Shown: in pieces, positions 24,657 through 38,082 of the stretch | Layout of the letters: every line of letters starts with the position of its first letter | Position numbering within the stretch: the first letter of the stretch is position 1 | Assembly (NCBI RefSeq): GCF_963921235.1 | Contig: NC_086097.1 | Span: 162,504,001 to 162,568,000 of the forward strand | DNA: 64,000 nt | Direction: 5' to 3' | From: Mobula hypostoma | Lineage: Eukaryota | Notes under the pieces: model-generated | The model's database searches: none | What the model saw: only the letters and a program-made list of their open reading frames with translations | Told to the model about the DNA's origin: nothing | Made by a program: the position numbers and the translations under genes

Positions 24657-26471
24657 CACACATATATATTCACACACACACACACACACAATAGTATATA
24701 ATACAACTTCCATATAGCCATCCACTGCATAGTAAATTTTTAAATTGTCTTACTCTGCCCTAAAGATTTAGATGCTTCCTTAATTAATTAGCTTTCAGTT
24801 GACTATTGCAGGGAAAATGGTATGTAAATGGTAGATGGATCTCCAATCAAGTTGTAGTTGTCTCAGCCACCCATATGCCTACAATGCTGGCCCTCCTGTT
24901 TTTACCACATACAAGCCTAATGTGGCTTGTTTATTGTTGTAGTTCACTGTTACAGATGTCATTTGAACAGGAATTATCTTTTCTTCAGTATAAGTTCTTA
25001 GTTGGATATCTGGAAAGTTTAGTATCCTTACAATGCCGTCAGACTCATTTTTTGGAATGACTGAAACAGCCAAGCCAGTATCCAATTCTATTTTAATTAA
25101 TTTGCCGTTCACTTCCGGTGTAAGCCATATTGCTTATCTATTATTAGTTTTCACATTGTAAATCTTAAGGCTACCCTCTCATCATTATCAGATATTTTTA
25201 TCAACAGCATGAAGATTAGTGCTCTGCTTGAAACTGTAACTTGATTTTTTAAATCTTTATCTCTTCCCTGTGCAGTCCATTTATTTTTGTTTGCACATGT
25301 GCTTTGTACGTCTTACTTTGTCGCATATTCTGCAAGTTTCACATTTTAAACCTGCATTGGACTGATGTATGTGAGGACCTGCCACAATGGTAACACAATT
25401 TGTCTGGCCAGGGTGGTTTCTGTTTAGATGCTATTTTGTTCATGCTCATTTTCAATCCTGACGGCAACTCAATTGTGTCTCTATCTGCTCCATTGAAACA
25501 GCGATTTCAACTGTTCTTTAAAATGTGAATTGTGCTTCAGTGAGGAGCCATTTTGGAATGCTTTCTCGTAAGATTCCAGAAACTAAATGATCTGTCAGTA
25601 CACCATTAAGCCCGTTATTGAACTGAAAATGCTCAGACAATCTTGTCAATTCAGCCACATCTGCTGAAAAGATTCCCCTTCCTTTTGATTCTGCGCATGA
25701 AACCTAAAACCTTCTGCAGTCAGCTATGGCTTTGGTTCTAAATGTTCCTGCATTTCTTTAACGATATCAGCAAAGGTTATTTCGGCTGGTTTAGTAGGAT
25801 CAGTCAAATTTCTAAGCAAAATGCATGCCTTTAAACCCAATGCATTCAGCAAAACTGGTACTCATTTCTCATTGGCTATTTCTTTGCCTTAAAATACTGT
25901 TCAATTTGCTCAGTATACATAAGCTAGTTATCCGTTGTGTAATCAAACATGTCAATCTTTCCAATGCAGCCAGCCATCTCTGCTCTTTTTTAAAATGATC
26001 ATTATAATCCCGTACTCATTTATGAACTAGTGAATTCTTATATTTTCTGCTTTTTTTAAAACTGGATCGCCTTTCCTTTTGCAAAAAAAAATGCTGATCA
26101 GAAGAAGAAAAATGTGCTGTGCTTTTGTTTTACTTCGACTGTAACTCATTGCGCTTTTTAAAACTTAAATGTCTTATTGTGCTTCAACAGTAGGTAGTTG
26201 GCTTGAGTTCATTGTAAAACTACCTGATTGCCACTGTTATGTTTTGTAACTCCAAAACATTAAGCTAAGTGAAAGGAACAGATGGAGTCCAAAATGAAAG
26301 TCTAACTTCATTTTTTACTTTAAGTGAGGCGTGCACGTATCAAATGGTAGCATGATGACGTAGGCCATTTACGTGCTTTTATATATAACATGAAATGTAT
26401 TATGTAAACACCAAAGGATGCTTAATCAAACAATATATTTACAACATTACTCAAGTATTAAATACACAACA
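24333..26471 (-). mobile_element. Degenerate Gypsy LTR element carrying gag and protease only
   Basis: Related ~210-240 bp LTRs at 24333-24543 and 26235-26471, and a PPT (agtagggaggag on -). gag from ATG at 25977 with zinc knuckles (CYHCGRSSH...C). Protease IELDTGLAVSVI at 24879-25112. No RT or IN seen. Confidence 0.8.
24626..24690. repeat. (TA)n/(CA)n microsatellite
   Basis: Seen directly. Confidence 0.9.
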
Positions 26472-28791
26472 GTTTATGTGGGGATATGTTGGCAAAACAT
26501 CAATTTCTCAGGAAAATTTGAGACACAGATTTAAAACAGGCAAGTTTCCTGTGTTTGCTATTTGTACTAAAATCATAGTGGAGGTCAAAATTAAACTGTG
26601 GTTTCAGTAGGAATGTAGGATTCTTCTTAAACTGTCTTTACAAAGAATAAGTATCAGAGGGTTTAATCCTTGTATATTCAATTCATTGTCAAAATGACTT
26701 TGATTTGCAACATTTTCAGTCTCAAGCACCATGTGATAAAGTTCATATAAAACTCTCTGACTCTTCTTTTTATAAACAGCTTATTTTGCCAACATTTTTC
26801 AGGAAATCTGTGTTATTTAACCCTGTTCCACCCATTGCTTTGTCTCAGTATGGCTGGGTTGCTTTCCAAATGATTCCATGATCTCAGTGTCACTCAGCAT
26901 CATTGCCAAATTAAGCTGCATAAGATAACAATAGATGGTGCTTCAATGAATGACTGGTCTTGAAAGTGGGTCATGTAAGTTCCAAAACATAGTGGACAGG
27001 AAGCATGTCATCCTGGCTGATACTAAGTCAGGAGAGTCCTTTACCCAATTCTGAAGGAAGCTTTGGGCATTTTACCTGTAAATGCCACAGGTCCCTGATG
27101 TCAGGTTGAATTAGCAAAAGCAGCCAGTTTAGGAAACAAATGTAAAATCACATCTGTAAAACACTATTCTGATTAGCACTCTCCATGGAACTGATATCTT
27201 CTGGAAGACCCTACTGTGTACTTGAAAGCTCTCTGGCTCAACCTCACTTCTCTAGCCCAAAACCACAAGAAATTGCAGACTTATGAATGCAGCCCAGTCC
27301 ATCACAGAAACCATCCTCCCTTCCATGGACTCTGTCCTAACTTCCTGCTGCCAAAAGCAGCCAACATAATCAAAAACCTTTCCCACCCTGATGATTCACT
27401 CTTCTCGCCCTCTCATTGGGTGAAAAGTACTAAGGTTTGAGAACACATATCACCAGGCTCAAGGACAGTTTCTGTCTCTCTGCTATCAGACACCTGAATG
27501 GACTCCTTTTATGCCAATGTTGAACTCTTTGATCTTTCAAATGACCAGATTGTGGTCCTCGCACTTTACCTTTCTGATTGCACTGAACTTTCAATGAACC
27601 TGTGCCACTATATTCTGCATTCTACTTTTTCCCTTTTGTACTACCTCCAAGTACTTATGTATGGAATGATCAGTCTGGATGGCATGCAAACAAAATCTGT
27701 TCACTCTACATTAGTATATGTGACAATAACAAAGCAATCCCCAATCTCCAGATGCCCAATCTGAATCCCCAATCCCCAATCTCTTTGTGAATCACAGCAA
27801 CCCTCACCTCTAATTCTGTGGGCTGCTGATGCTACTCTTCTTGGCAAACATCACTCCACTCCGAGTGAAGTTTCATAACCTCCAGACTTTAGTCCACTTT
27901 CTCAAGAGGATTTAAAAACAGACCTTCTTCTGAAATACCGGGATTGAACAATAAGAAATGAATACATGGCAATCCAATCTCGTACTGCTGTAACACTTAC
28001 ATCATGCAAACTACCTTTTAATGCCAATGTGAGAAGGTATAAACAGGAATTATTCAAGTTATCTCTAATCGTTCACAGAACAGCTTTGATATGGTTGGCC
28101 ATGAAGCAGAGAGGTATTAGGCAGTCATTCAAACATGTGGTATTGTAGGGAATGGATATTAGATGCAGCAGATGGACTTTTGCAGAAGTGGTGAGATCAG
28201 AAAATGGATTCATGCTTTGCTTTATTGCACTCCCCTTGGTTCCATTTGGTGCTCACTTTGAGCAAGTGCCTACAGAGGTATAGCTGATGCTTTTGTATGG
28301 ATTTCCAACATACTTCACCAGGGCCTGCTCTCTGCATGCAAACAAACCAGTCATCTTGACTAGGACAGATGCCTACTGACCCTGACAGAAGATACTGAAT
28401 CCCAACTGTGCCACTATTAACCATTTCCTGCTGTAACTTTAAGGTGCAGGTCCTTAAAATAAGGTCTTTTTAAGGAAAGGGTGTTTTCAATTCAATTCAA
28501 GTGTAATTGTCATTTAAACATACATGAATACTCGTGAATACAGCCAAACATGTCGGCATTACTATGGGGTCAATGTGCAAGGACACATTACAACAGACAC
28601 AGTAATCACACACGAGATCACAATCACGTTATAAGATCCCAATGACCTCCACAGCTTGATGCCCAGTCCTTGCATGTACAAGTCAACAAGCTCATATAGA
28701 ATATCAGTAAAAATACAATGATGCAGAACATGCATAAATATAGCCCAAAGCCCCCAGCCCACCGCTGTCATCTGTTAACCGGCCCCCGACA

Positions 28792-28993
28792 CCCGCTAAG
28801 CGACACCGTGGCGTTGAGGCCCAGTCCTCGCCCTGGCGCCTGACTCCCGCTAAGCGACACCGTGGCGTTGAGGCCCAGTCCTCGCCCTGGCGCCTGACTC
28901 CCGCTAAGCGACACCGTGGCGTTGAGGCCCAGTCCTCGCCCTGGCGCCTGACTCCCGCTAAGCGACACCGTGGCGTTGAGGCCCAGTCCTCGC
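28792..28993. repeat. 54-bp tandem minisatellite, ~3.7 identical copies
   Basis: Unit cccgctaagcgacaccgtggcgttgaggcccagtcctcgccctggcgcctgact starts at 28792, 28846, 28900 and 28954. Confidence 0.95.
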
Positions 28994-30179
28994 ATATACA
29001 AGCACGTATAGGATATTAGCAACAACAAAACACCACAAATATATATGTATATAGTCCAAACCCCTCAATCCATTTTAAGCCTTCAGTCACCGCAACTGCA
29101 CAACTTCAGTTTAATCCTGAATCAAAACACCAAAGTCTGCAAAAGTCAGCACTTGATATTTATGCCAAGGTGGCAATGTGAAGTTAAATTTCATGTGGCA
29201 TCCAACCACAAAGACAAAAAGTATGAATGTCCATTGTGCTTTGAAATTTCTGACATTACCATCAGACGCAATAAAAAAATGAAAAAGTACACCACCATCC
29301 GAAAGTCTTGGAACCACTACTACACCCATCTGCATTGGATGGACATCAGGCTATGTGGAGGGAGGGACAGAAATCCAATTACTGTATATGATACAATTAC
29401 TTTGCATTCAAATCTGTAGAAAAAAGAACAATGTCCTTATAGCTGCATTTAAATTATGATGAGGGGTGGATTGGTATTGGCATTGGTTTATTGTTATCAC
29501 ATGTACCGAGATACTTGTCTTGCATATTGTTTATATAAATCCAATCATTACATAACATAGAGAGCTAGAATAAGGTAAGATAATAACAATGTAGAATAAA
29601 ATGTAACAGCTATTGAAAATGTGCAGTGCATGTAAACGATTAAGTGCAGGATCAAAATGAGGTAGATTGTAAGGCCAAAAGTCCATCTTATCAGACAAAG
29701 GTCCATTTAGGAGTCTGACAACAGAAAAAGCTGTCCTTCAGCCTGGTGCTGTGTGCGTTCAGGCTTTTGTATCTTCTGCCCTATGATAGGGGAGAGAAGA
29801 GAGAATGTCCAGGGCGGGCATGGTCTCTGGTTATGCAGGCTGCTTTATTGAGTGAGTGAGAGGTATAGGCAAGGGCCATAGAGAGGTGGCTGGTTTCTGT
29901 GCTGAGCTGAGTCCATAACTCCAAGTGGTTTCTGTCGTCACATGTGGACCAGTTGCCATACCAAGCCGCTGTGCATCCAGACAATGGGGTGGGGCATAGC
30001 AACGGTTCATTCAGACTAACTGGCACCTGGCCATATTAATGTACGCATAAACCTCCTTTCATCAAAATTCATCTATTCTATTCAACACATTGTTCTATGC
30101 TCTTTTACCACAGGTTCTTATTGAGTTGGTCCTTAGTGTATAACTGGTAACTATTGTGAAAACCACAGATCATATATAC

Positions 30180-30230
30180 CTTGCTGGCATCAGACACAGG
30201 AAGCATTCCAGGCTCTTGGTGCTGTGACTC
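30180..30230 (-). other. Candidate 51-nt exon of a minus-strand transcript
   Basis: ccttctttccatatgcag|GAGTCA...AGCAAG|gtatat on -. Confidence 0.3.
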
Positions 30231-30375
30231 CTGCATATGGAAAGAAGGTGAAAGTTCATAACTTCATGAACCATTGGCAGGAATAACAATAAGAAATCTC
30301 CCTAAGGTCCTTCACCTGGAACTCAGCTTTGTGGATTTGATTAAGACCAAATTGGAAAAAAAAATGAAAACTTAC

Positions 30376-30404
30376 TCAGAGAACATATGAAAACCATTTG
30401 CAAC
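30376..30404 (-). other. Candidate 29-nt exon of a minus-strand transcript
   Basis: ttgttctttttttaccccag|GTTGCA...CTCTGA|gtaagt on -; strong acceptor and donor. Confidence 0.35.
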
Positions 30405-31789
30405 CTGGGGTAAAAAAAAGAACAAGGCATCTGAAACAAATAACAATTGCAATTATTCACGTCAACAACAGAAATATTTTCTAGCCATTCATCTTGCATT
30501 GGTTCACTGAACTAATTGTTTCATTGTAGGAGATTTGTGGCTGTAGATGCTTGAGCCATTGCCAAATCATTGTCTACGATAATGGCAGAACTGTATTGCA
30601 GCCTTCAATTATTTCGGCTTCATGTGAAGGCTACTTATGTTCAACCATCCATGCTGAGGTCACCTTATCTTCTCCTGTGAACAAAGCCACAGGTACTTAG
30701 AATTTTTAAAGCACTGACTGACGATGGTCTACATTTGGTTGCAATCTATACTTCAGAGATTTAGTGATGTTTAGTTGACTACAAGTTGCTAGTTTGCCAA
30801 CTGCTCAAACCAGCATCTTGGTTTATCATGACATGAAAGGTAGGAAGCAATGTACGTTAATCAAGGGTAGTTTATCTAAAGCACCTAGTATGCATTTTTT
30901 TACTTTTTAATCAAGATTTCCCTTTGGATTTCTCCTTAATCTTCTTTCTTTGAAGTTAATATTTTGTAGTGGTGTAGGCAGTGGACCTCTAACCTGCCCA
31001 CTACTACTACAGTATTGCTTTTGCACATTACTTATGATTAGATGGTTCACAGCAACAGATCCCTAGCTATAGGAAGGATGTCATTAAGCTGGGAAGGGAT
31101 TAGAAAAGATTTACCAGGAGGGAGGTCTTGAGTTATAAGCAGAGACTGGAGAAGCTGTTTTTTTCTCCCTCTGGAGCGTAGCAGGCAGAGTGGTGACCTT
31201 ACAGAGGTATATAAAATCATGAGGGGACTAGATAAGGTGAATTGTCACATTTCCGGTTTAGGAGATTCTAATGCTACAAGAAGATGCAAGAGTGCTAACA
31301 CATGCTGGAAATCCAGAGTAACACACAAAACTCAACAGGTCAGGCAGCATCCATGGATGGAAATGAACAGTTGATGTTTTGGCTTAAACACTAGAAGGCA
31401 TAGGTTTAAGATGAGACGGGAAAAATTTAAAAGGGCCTGAGAGGCAGCTTTTTCACTCTGAGTGTGGTGGGTACAGAACACAGAACATAAACACTGAACA
31501 TAGAACAGTACTACAGTCCTTCAGCCCATGATATTGTGCTGATCTTTTAATTGACTCCAAGATCAATCTCACCCTTCCCTCCCAGGTGGCCCTTCATTTT
31601 TCTTTCATCCATGTGCCTATCTAAGTCCCTTAAATATCCTTGAAATATTTGCCTCTTCCACCACCCCTAACAGCCTGTTTCATGTATTTAGCACTCTCTG
31701 TATAAGAAACCTACTTCTGACATCACCTCTATACTTTCCTCCAACTTCCTTAAAAGTATGCCCTCTCATGTTAGCAATGTTTTTCTTGT

Positions 31790-33478
31790 AAGCTTCCACA
31801 AACCAAGCGATCTCTCAGGGCATCATTAATCCCAAAATTGAACTGACAATGCTGAGACAATTTTTTTCAATTCAACCATGCATGCTGAAATGGACTCACC
31901 TTCCTTTTGATTCTGCTTATGAAACCTGAAGTGTTCTGCAATCAGCAATGGTCTCAATTCTAAATGCTACTGCATTACTGTCACAATATCAACAAAACTT
32001 ATTTCCATAAGACCATAAGACAAAGGAGCAGAAGTCGGCCATTCGGCCTATCGAGTCTGCTCCGCCATTTTATCATGAGCTGATCCATTCTCCCATTTAG
32101 TCCCAGTCCCCTGCCTTCTCACCATAACCTTTGATGCCCTGGCTACTCAGATACCTATCAATCTCTGCCTTAAATACACCCAATGACTTGGCATCCACTG
32201 CTGCCTGTGGCAACAAATTCCATAGATTCACCACCCTCTGGCTAAAAAAATTTCTTCGCATTTCTGTTCTGAATGGGCACCCTTCAATCCTTAAGTCATG
32301 CCCTCTCGTACTAGACTCCCCCCATCATGGGAAACAACTTTGCCTCATCCACTCTGTCCATGCCTTTCAACATTCAAAATATTTCTATGAGGTCTCCCCT
32401 CATTCTTCTAAACTCCAAGGAATACAGTCCAAGAGCGGACAAACGTTCCTCATATGTTAACCCTCTCATTCCCGGAATCATTCTAGTGAATCTTCTCTGT
32501 ACCCTCTCCAACGTCAGCACATCCTTTCTTAAATAAGGAGACCAAAACTGCCCACCGTACTCCAAGTGAGGTCTCACCAGCGCCTTATAGAGCCTGAACA
32601 TCACATCCCTGCTCCTATACTCTATTCCTGTAGAGATGAATGCCAACATTGCATTCGCCTTCTTCACCACCGACTCAACCTGGAGGTTGACCTTAAGGGT
32701 ATCCTGCACGAGGACTCCCATTGCGTCTCAGAACTTTGAATTCTGTCCCCATAGTCAGCCCGTTTATTTCTTCTGCTAAAGTGCATAATCATACCCTTTC
32801 CAACATTGTATTTCACTTTGGCTGGTTTGGCTGGAGCTGTTAAACTTATATGCAAACTTATGCTTTTGCACCTATTACACTCAGCAGAACTGGCACTCAC
32901 TTTGCATTGGCTATTTCATTTGATTCAAAATGCTGCTCAATTCATTGAATACACAATATCCAGTTATCTCTTGTGCAATCGAATGTGCCTATCTTTCTGA
33001 TGTAGCCAGCCATTTCTGTTCTGTTTATTTATAATTATTATCACCTAGTACTCACTGTTTAGAAACCCGTGAATTACATCTGTTGTCTGTCATTTTTTTG
33101 AGTTGACCGTCCACTCCTCTTGCAAAGAAAAAAAAGTCTGGGACTTTTTTTTAACTTGAATATCTTGCTGCACTTTTTAAAAAACTTGAACATCTCACTG
33201 GACTTCAGCATGTAGGTATCGCCTTGGGTCTCCATAAAATTTCTTCATTGCCATTGTTACATTTTGTACTCCAAAATATAAAACTAATAGAAAGAAAAAC
33301 ATGGAAATGGGAATAATGTCTATATTTGATTCTTTTTTTAGTGAGGCGTGCATTTATGACATGGTGGCCAAATGATGTATGCCATTCATGTACCTTGTAC
33401 ATGTAACCTATAATGAATTATGTAAACAACAAAAAATACTTAATTTAATAACATATTTGCAGTATTACCCAAATACAT
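31790..33478 (-). mobile_element. Second, truncated copy of the gag-PR Gypsy family, interrupted by CR1
   Basis: LTR ~33255-33478 resembles 26235-26471; gag ATG at 33013; gag sequence aligns by eye with 25560-25980. Confidence 0.7.
32006..32817 (-). mobile_element. CR1 LINE 3' fragment (relatively young)
   Basis: ORF 32374-32721 VVKKANAMLAFI...LYKALVRPHLEY...LERVQRRFTRMIPG; tandem 8-bp tail ccataagaccataaga. Confidence 0.9.
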
Positions 33479-36477
33479 AAGAATTTCGACAGGCACATGG
33501 ATAGAAAGATAGAGGAATATGGGAGTAATGCAATCTAAGGGTATCAGCTCAAGCAGAAACTTGGTCAGCATAGCTGTGTCAGGCTAAAGAGCCTACCTCT
33601 GTGCAATATAACCCTGTGACTCTATGTACTTATGTTCACAGTGAAAGAACTTACATAAAGCATTTTTGAGTCGTGTAATGAATTATACTCGATAGTTAAT
33701 TTTCAATTACCAGTTGGTTCCTAAAGTGAACTCTCTGTTGACCTATCACAGACTTTTGGGAAACTGACACTTCAGTGAAGCATAGATCAAGCCTTCTCAA
33801 CAGGAGAGCAATAACCCTTTTCAAAAGAATATGACAGCAGTTAATAAAAAAAAACAGTACTCCAGCTCTACAAGGAGAAACTGTCCACACCACACAGCCA
33901 ACATGCCTTTCACATAGTTGAGGTATAGACGTCAAGGTCTATAGCAGCAAAGACCCACAACACCTCCTCTGCTGTTCACCACAGCAAACACCTCTGTCAA
34001 GAGTTGCTAATGATGCTAACCCCATCTGCACAGACATGGACAGACTGAACTTCCAATCATTCTGGGATACACACTTGGCAAACCATTCTCCACAATGCTC
34101 TCATTCAGGAGCCACAGGGGCATTATATTTGGCTTGGTATCTGGCTCGTTGAGACCCAGTTTCAGCAGGACTGATAATGTTCGACAGTTATCCGACCCGG
34201 AAGTCAAGCTTTCGCAATGCCATGGAAGGATTAAGTTTCAAACCTGGCGAGGAACTAGATCTCTGTAAGTGGCTTGGTAGGGAATCACTGCAACATGCAA
34301 GAAGGGTTCGAGCAGTTCACATTAATAATCCAGCTACAGGTTTACAAATGCTGTAGTAGAGGCTGGACAAATACTATGGCTCTCCGGAGGCAATTGAAGA
34401 ATCTCTTTTCAGCAGACTCAATAATTTTCCAAAGCTCTCACACAAGGAACTGCAGAAGCTAGGACTTCAATCATAGTCAACAAAACCGAAATAGAAAACT
34501 TTATCATGAACCCTGCTACACAATGCGTGTGCATAAGAAACTTCACCCCTTAAGGAAATGCAGAGGATTCAGAAAAAAGTCAGAGACACTTTCTAAAGGA
34601 GCACCCAATATATTACAAATATTGTGCTTCAACAGCACACCAGGCAAAAGAGTGTAAAGCCATCATACACTCACTGAGTACAATGACCCACATGTATCAG
34701 CATTTCACTGAAAACCAGCACTTTGGGCTGGTACTGGTTCCGGTAAACCCACAGCAGAGCCAGTCGAGCATCCATCGGATGCAGCTACTTCCTCACGCCC
34801 AGAGGTATGCAGGGAAGGCAAATCCTGTTTACAATATGTCTAGCCAATATCTACCTGAGAGGAATCCTGAGCAAAAAAGTAAAGGCATCTATGATATTTG
34901 ATGTTCAAAGCAACACGTCATTGGCAAAATCAGATTTCTCTGATACATTTGTATTCAAAGTTCTGCTTCCCTGTTCACTCTAAGGACATGTTCTGGAATG
35001 TTAGAAGTTGCCAAAGAAGAGCCAGTGGAGTCAGTAGCAGGGGAATCTGCCAACCCTCAATGAGTGTGACCATATTCCTAGCAAAACGGATAAAATTTCA
35101 ACTCCTAAAGCCATACATGTCATTCACATAGCTGACCATAGCTGACAAGATTTTCCCACTTGACCCTTCTGCTGAGATTCTCCTATTGCTTGGCTGAGAC
35201 ATCATCTGTGTAGATAAGGTACGTGAACAGCACAATGGTTGGCAGAAAGCGGCTTATGCCCAGTGACTGGACCTAGGTTGGGTCATAGTTGTGAAGACTG
35301 CCTCATAAGCCCACTGACAGGACATTTAAGACTAATGGCCTGGAGAACGGATGCTGAAGTCATTTTAGACCCTGTGTGAGACTTATGTCCTCAGTCACAC
35401 ATTGAGCAGGAACCAGAAATGAAAGATCATGGTGCAACTCCTCAGGGACAATCATGCTGAGCTAGCTCCTCCACCAGATCCGAGAAAGAAAACTGGTATT
35501 TATCCAGATTGTTAGGGGTGGTAAACACCAATCTGAACAAGTACAAATTCTGACGAACACCATTTGTACTTGGCAGTAATACAGAGGTGAAGTGTTTTGA
35601 ACTTTGAATTTTGAACTTGTCTTTGAATCAAGCATGCAATTCAAAGGCACATCACTGAGCATTGTGTTCTTGTAGTGTCCAGACCCCAATAACAGTCTGG
35701 TCAGGGTCCTCATGTGCGGTGATGGCAGACATTGAACAAATGTTAAACAGCTTCTTTCTGGGAGAGGATCATCCTCACTCATGACCCCACCCAGACAATA
35801 AGATTCTGGAGTACGCATGAGAGTTCATGTATTTATTAACTGTCCCTTGCTAGCTGTGGCAATTTATGGCCTTAAGAGGACAGCCATTGAGAGAGAGAAG
35901 GAATTCGGGACTGAAGCATGGAGGTACAGCGAAAGGTATTTTTATGTTGGTGATGGTCTTAACTCATTTTCTAGTGCAGAAAAAGCAGTCAACATGTTGA
36001 AAGCAGTGCAAGACATGTTGGCGCAGTCTAATCTCAGACTGCATAAGATCGAATCCAACAGTGCTGAGGTTATGGAATGTTCTGCACTTGAAGATCTGGC
36101 CAAAGGTCTATGGCATCTTGATCTTGGAGAGAACCTCCAATTATGTAGCACAGTCTGGGACTTGGATGGGACCTCATCACCAACACACTTGCTTTTCAGT
36201 TGGCTGATACCGAAAGGCCCTTTAGGCAATGTGGCATGTTATTAACTATCAAAATCCTATTTGATCCTTTTAGATTTGGTGCTCCAGCCAGTATTTAGGG
36301 AGGCTTCATATTAAGAGAGTCTACCTCGGACACTTGTGGAGAGGATGTCCGACTCCCTAAAGAGAAACATGAGCAGTAGCAGCAGTGGTGTTCTTCACTT
36401 CACGATCTTAAAGTCTTGAAAATTCCAAGAATCTATGCCACAATTCCACTGTCTACAGCCCAAAAGAAAGAGACTAG

Positions 36478-37353
36478 CCTATGATGCAGACTAAAATATC
36501 ACTTAAAGCACTTTTTATGAAGTGAATTGTGGTAAACTATCACCGCAAACAATGAAGAGGTGAGCAGAGGTGAAGTTGACTCAAGGGATGAGCCATGCTG
36601 GTGCAGTGCAAAGTGTAACATGCTCAAAATGGGGTCACAGACGGAGATGGTATGGCTGTTGGAGATGGAGTTGAGATGAGAAATTCAGAGAGGAGTCAAA
36701 GCAAGGAGTTTTGATGCCTTTCTACCTCACCCGCATGCAAGGTTGGTTTGCTCTAAGCACTGAGCCGATTTGGAGAAGTTGGGAACGGCTTCAGGCTGGG
36801 CGGTGAGGTCTAGGCCTGGATGGTATCACTGGGTGGTGAGGTCTAGGCCCGGAGCATATCGCTGCAGCAGTGTCCAGTTCCTAATGTGAGGCATGATCGG
36901 GCGTTTGGACAATTTAAGTGCAGGCCCAGGTAGATTGGAAAGCCAGGGTGTTGGGACTGGAGGTGAGGGTCGGGCCGATTTCACTAGCTCCCTCGTGTTT
37001 TCACTCCTGCGCTGGGGTCATGACACTGCTTTGGTTACTGTGCTTCGTGTCTGCGAGCTTCACGGTGATGTGCCCTGCTAATATGATGAACTGAAACCAA
37101 GACTTTGGGCCTACTCCAGCTGCTCCAGTGATTCGGATGTTTGGACTCAATTTGGTTTGTAATGCTGTTGCTTGCTTCTATTGTTTGCATGATATGTGCT
37201 TTTTTTCTCTTTCTCTGTGCACTGAGTGTTGGTCTTTCTTCTTTTTAATTGGGTTCTTTTGGGTTTCTTGTCTTGTGGCTGTCTGTAAGCAGACAAATCT
37301 CGAGGTTGTATATTTATACATACTTTGATAGTAAATGTACTTTGAATCTTTGA
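36478..37353 (+). mobile_element. Non-autonomous retroelement with LINE-type tail, inserted in the Pao RNase H
   Basis: Splits the Pao coding sequence between ...TAQKKE and ...DAS; ends ...aaatgtactttgaatctttgaa, the same tail family as 2977 and 38083. Confidence 0.65.
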
Positions 37354-38082
37354 AACTGTGATGCATCAATTAAACTTACTGCTGTTGTTACGTATCTGAA
37401 GGTCACAGACATTGCTGGATATAGTGAAGCTGGATTCATCCTGGGCAAGGCAAAGCTTGCTCCCAAACCTGATCTCACCATCCCAAGGATTGAACTTGGT
37501 GCTGCTATTCCAGTAGTTAAGATGGCAGTGATGATAACTGAAGAGTTGGACACAGAACTAGATGGTATCAAGTTCTTTAATGGCAGGTTGAGCTTTGTTA
37601 TACGGTACATTTAATGAAACATGTTTATGTACAGTACAAAATAGGATCCTGCATATCAGGCAGCCAACTCAGAAGAGACAATGGAACTATGTTCCTACTG
37701 GTCTCGACCCAGCTGCTCATGCCTCAAAAGGGCTTCAAGCTAATCATCTCACCCTCTCAAGGTTAACTGGCCCAGTGATTCTTATTGATCCTCAACAGGA
37801 ACATAGTCAGCAGGAAACTTTCAACTTAGTCAACCCTTAGACAGATGTAGAAATACGTCCTCTAGTAACAACTGACATCACTCATAAATCACCGCTCCAA
37901 TTTGGCAATGCACGTTTTGAGTGGTTTTCAAGCTGTAAGTTGCTTACCAGATCAATTGCCCAGCCCCCACATATTGCTCATTCCTTTACGGCAGTAGCCA
38001 GACAGCCTTTGCAATGGTTGTCACATTTGTAAGCAAGCTCTCAGAGCAGAGCAACTGAATCAAAGTTCAAAGTATGAAGTAA

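Noticed and set aside
28792..28993. CRISPR-like array
   Set aside because: The units are contiguous and identical with no spacers, there are no cas genes, and the context is eukaryotic.
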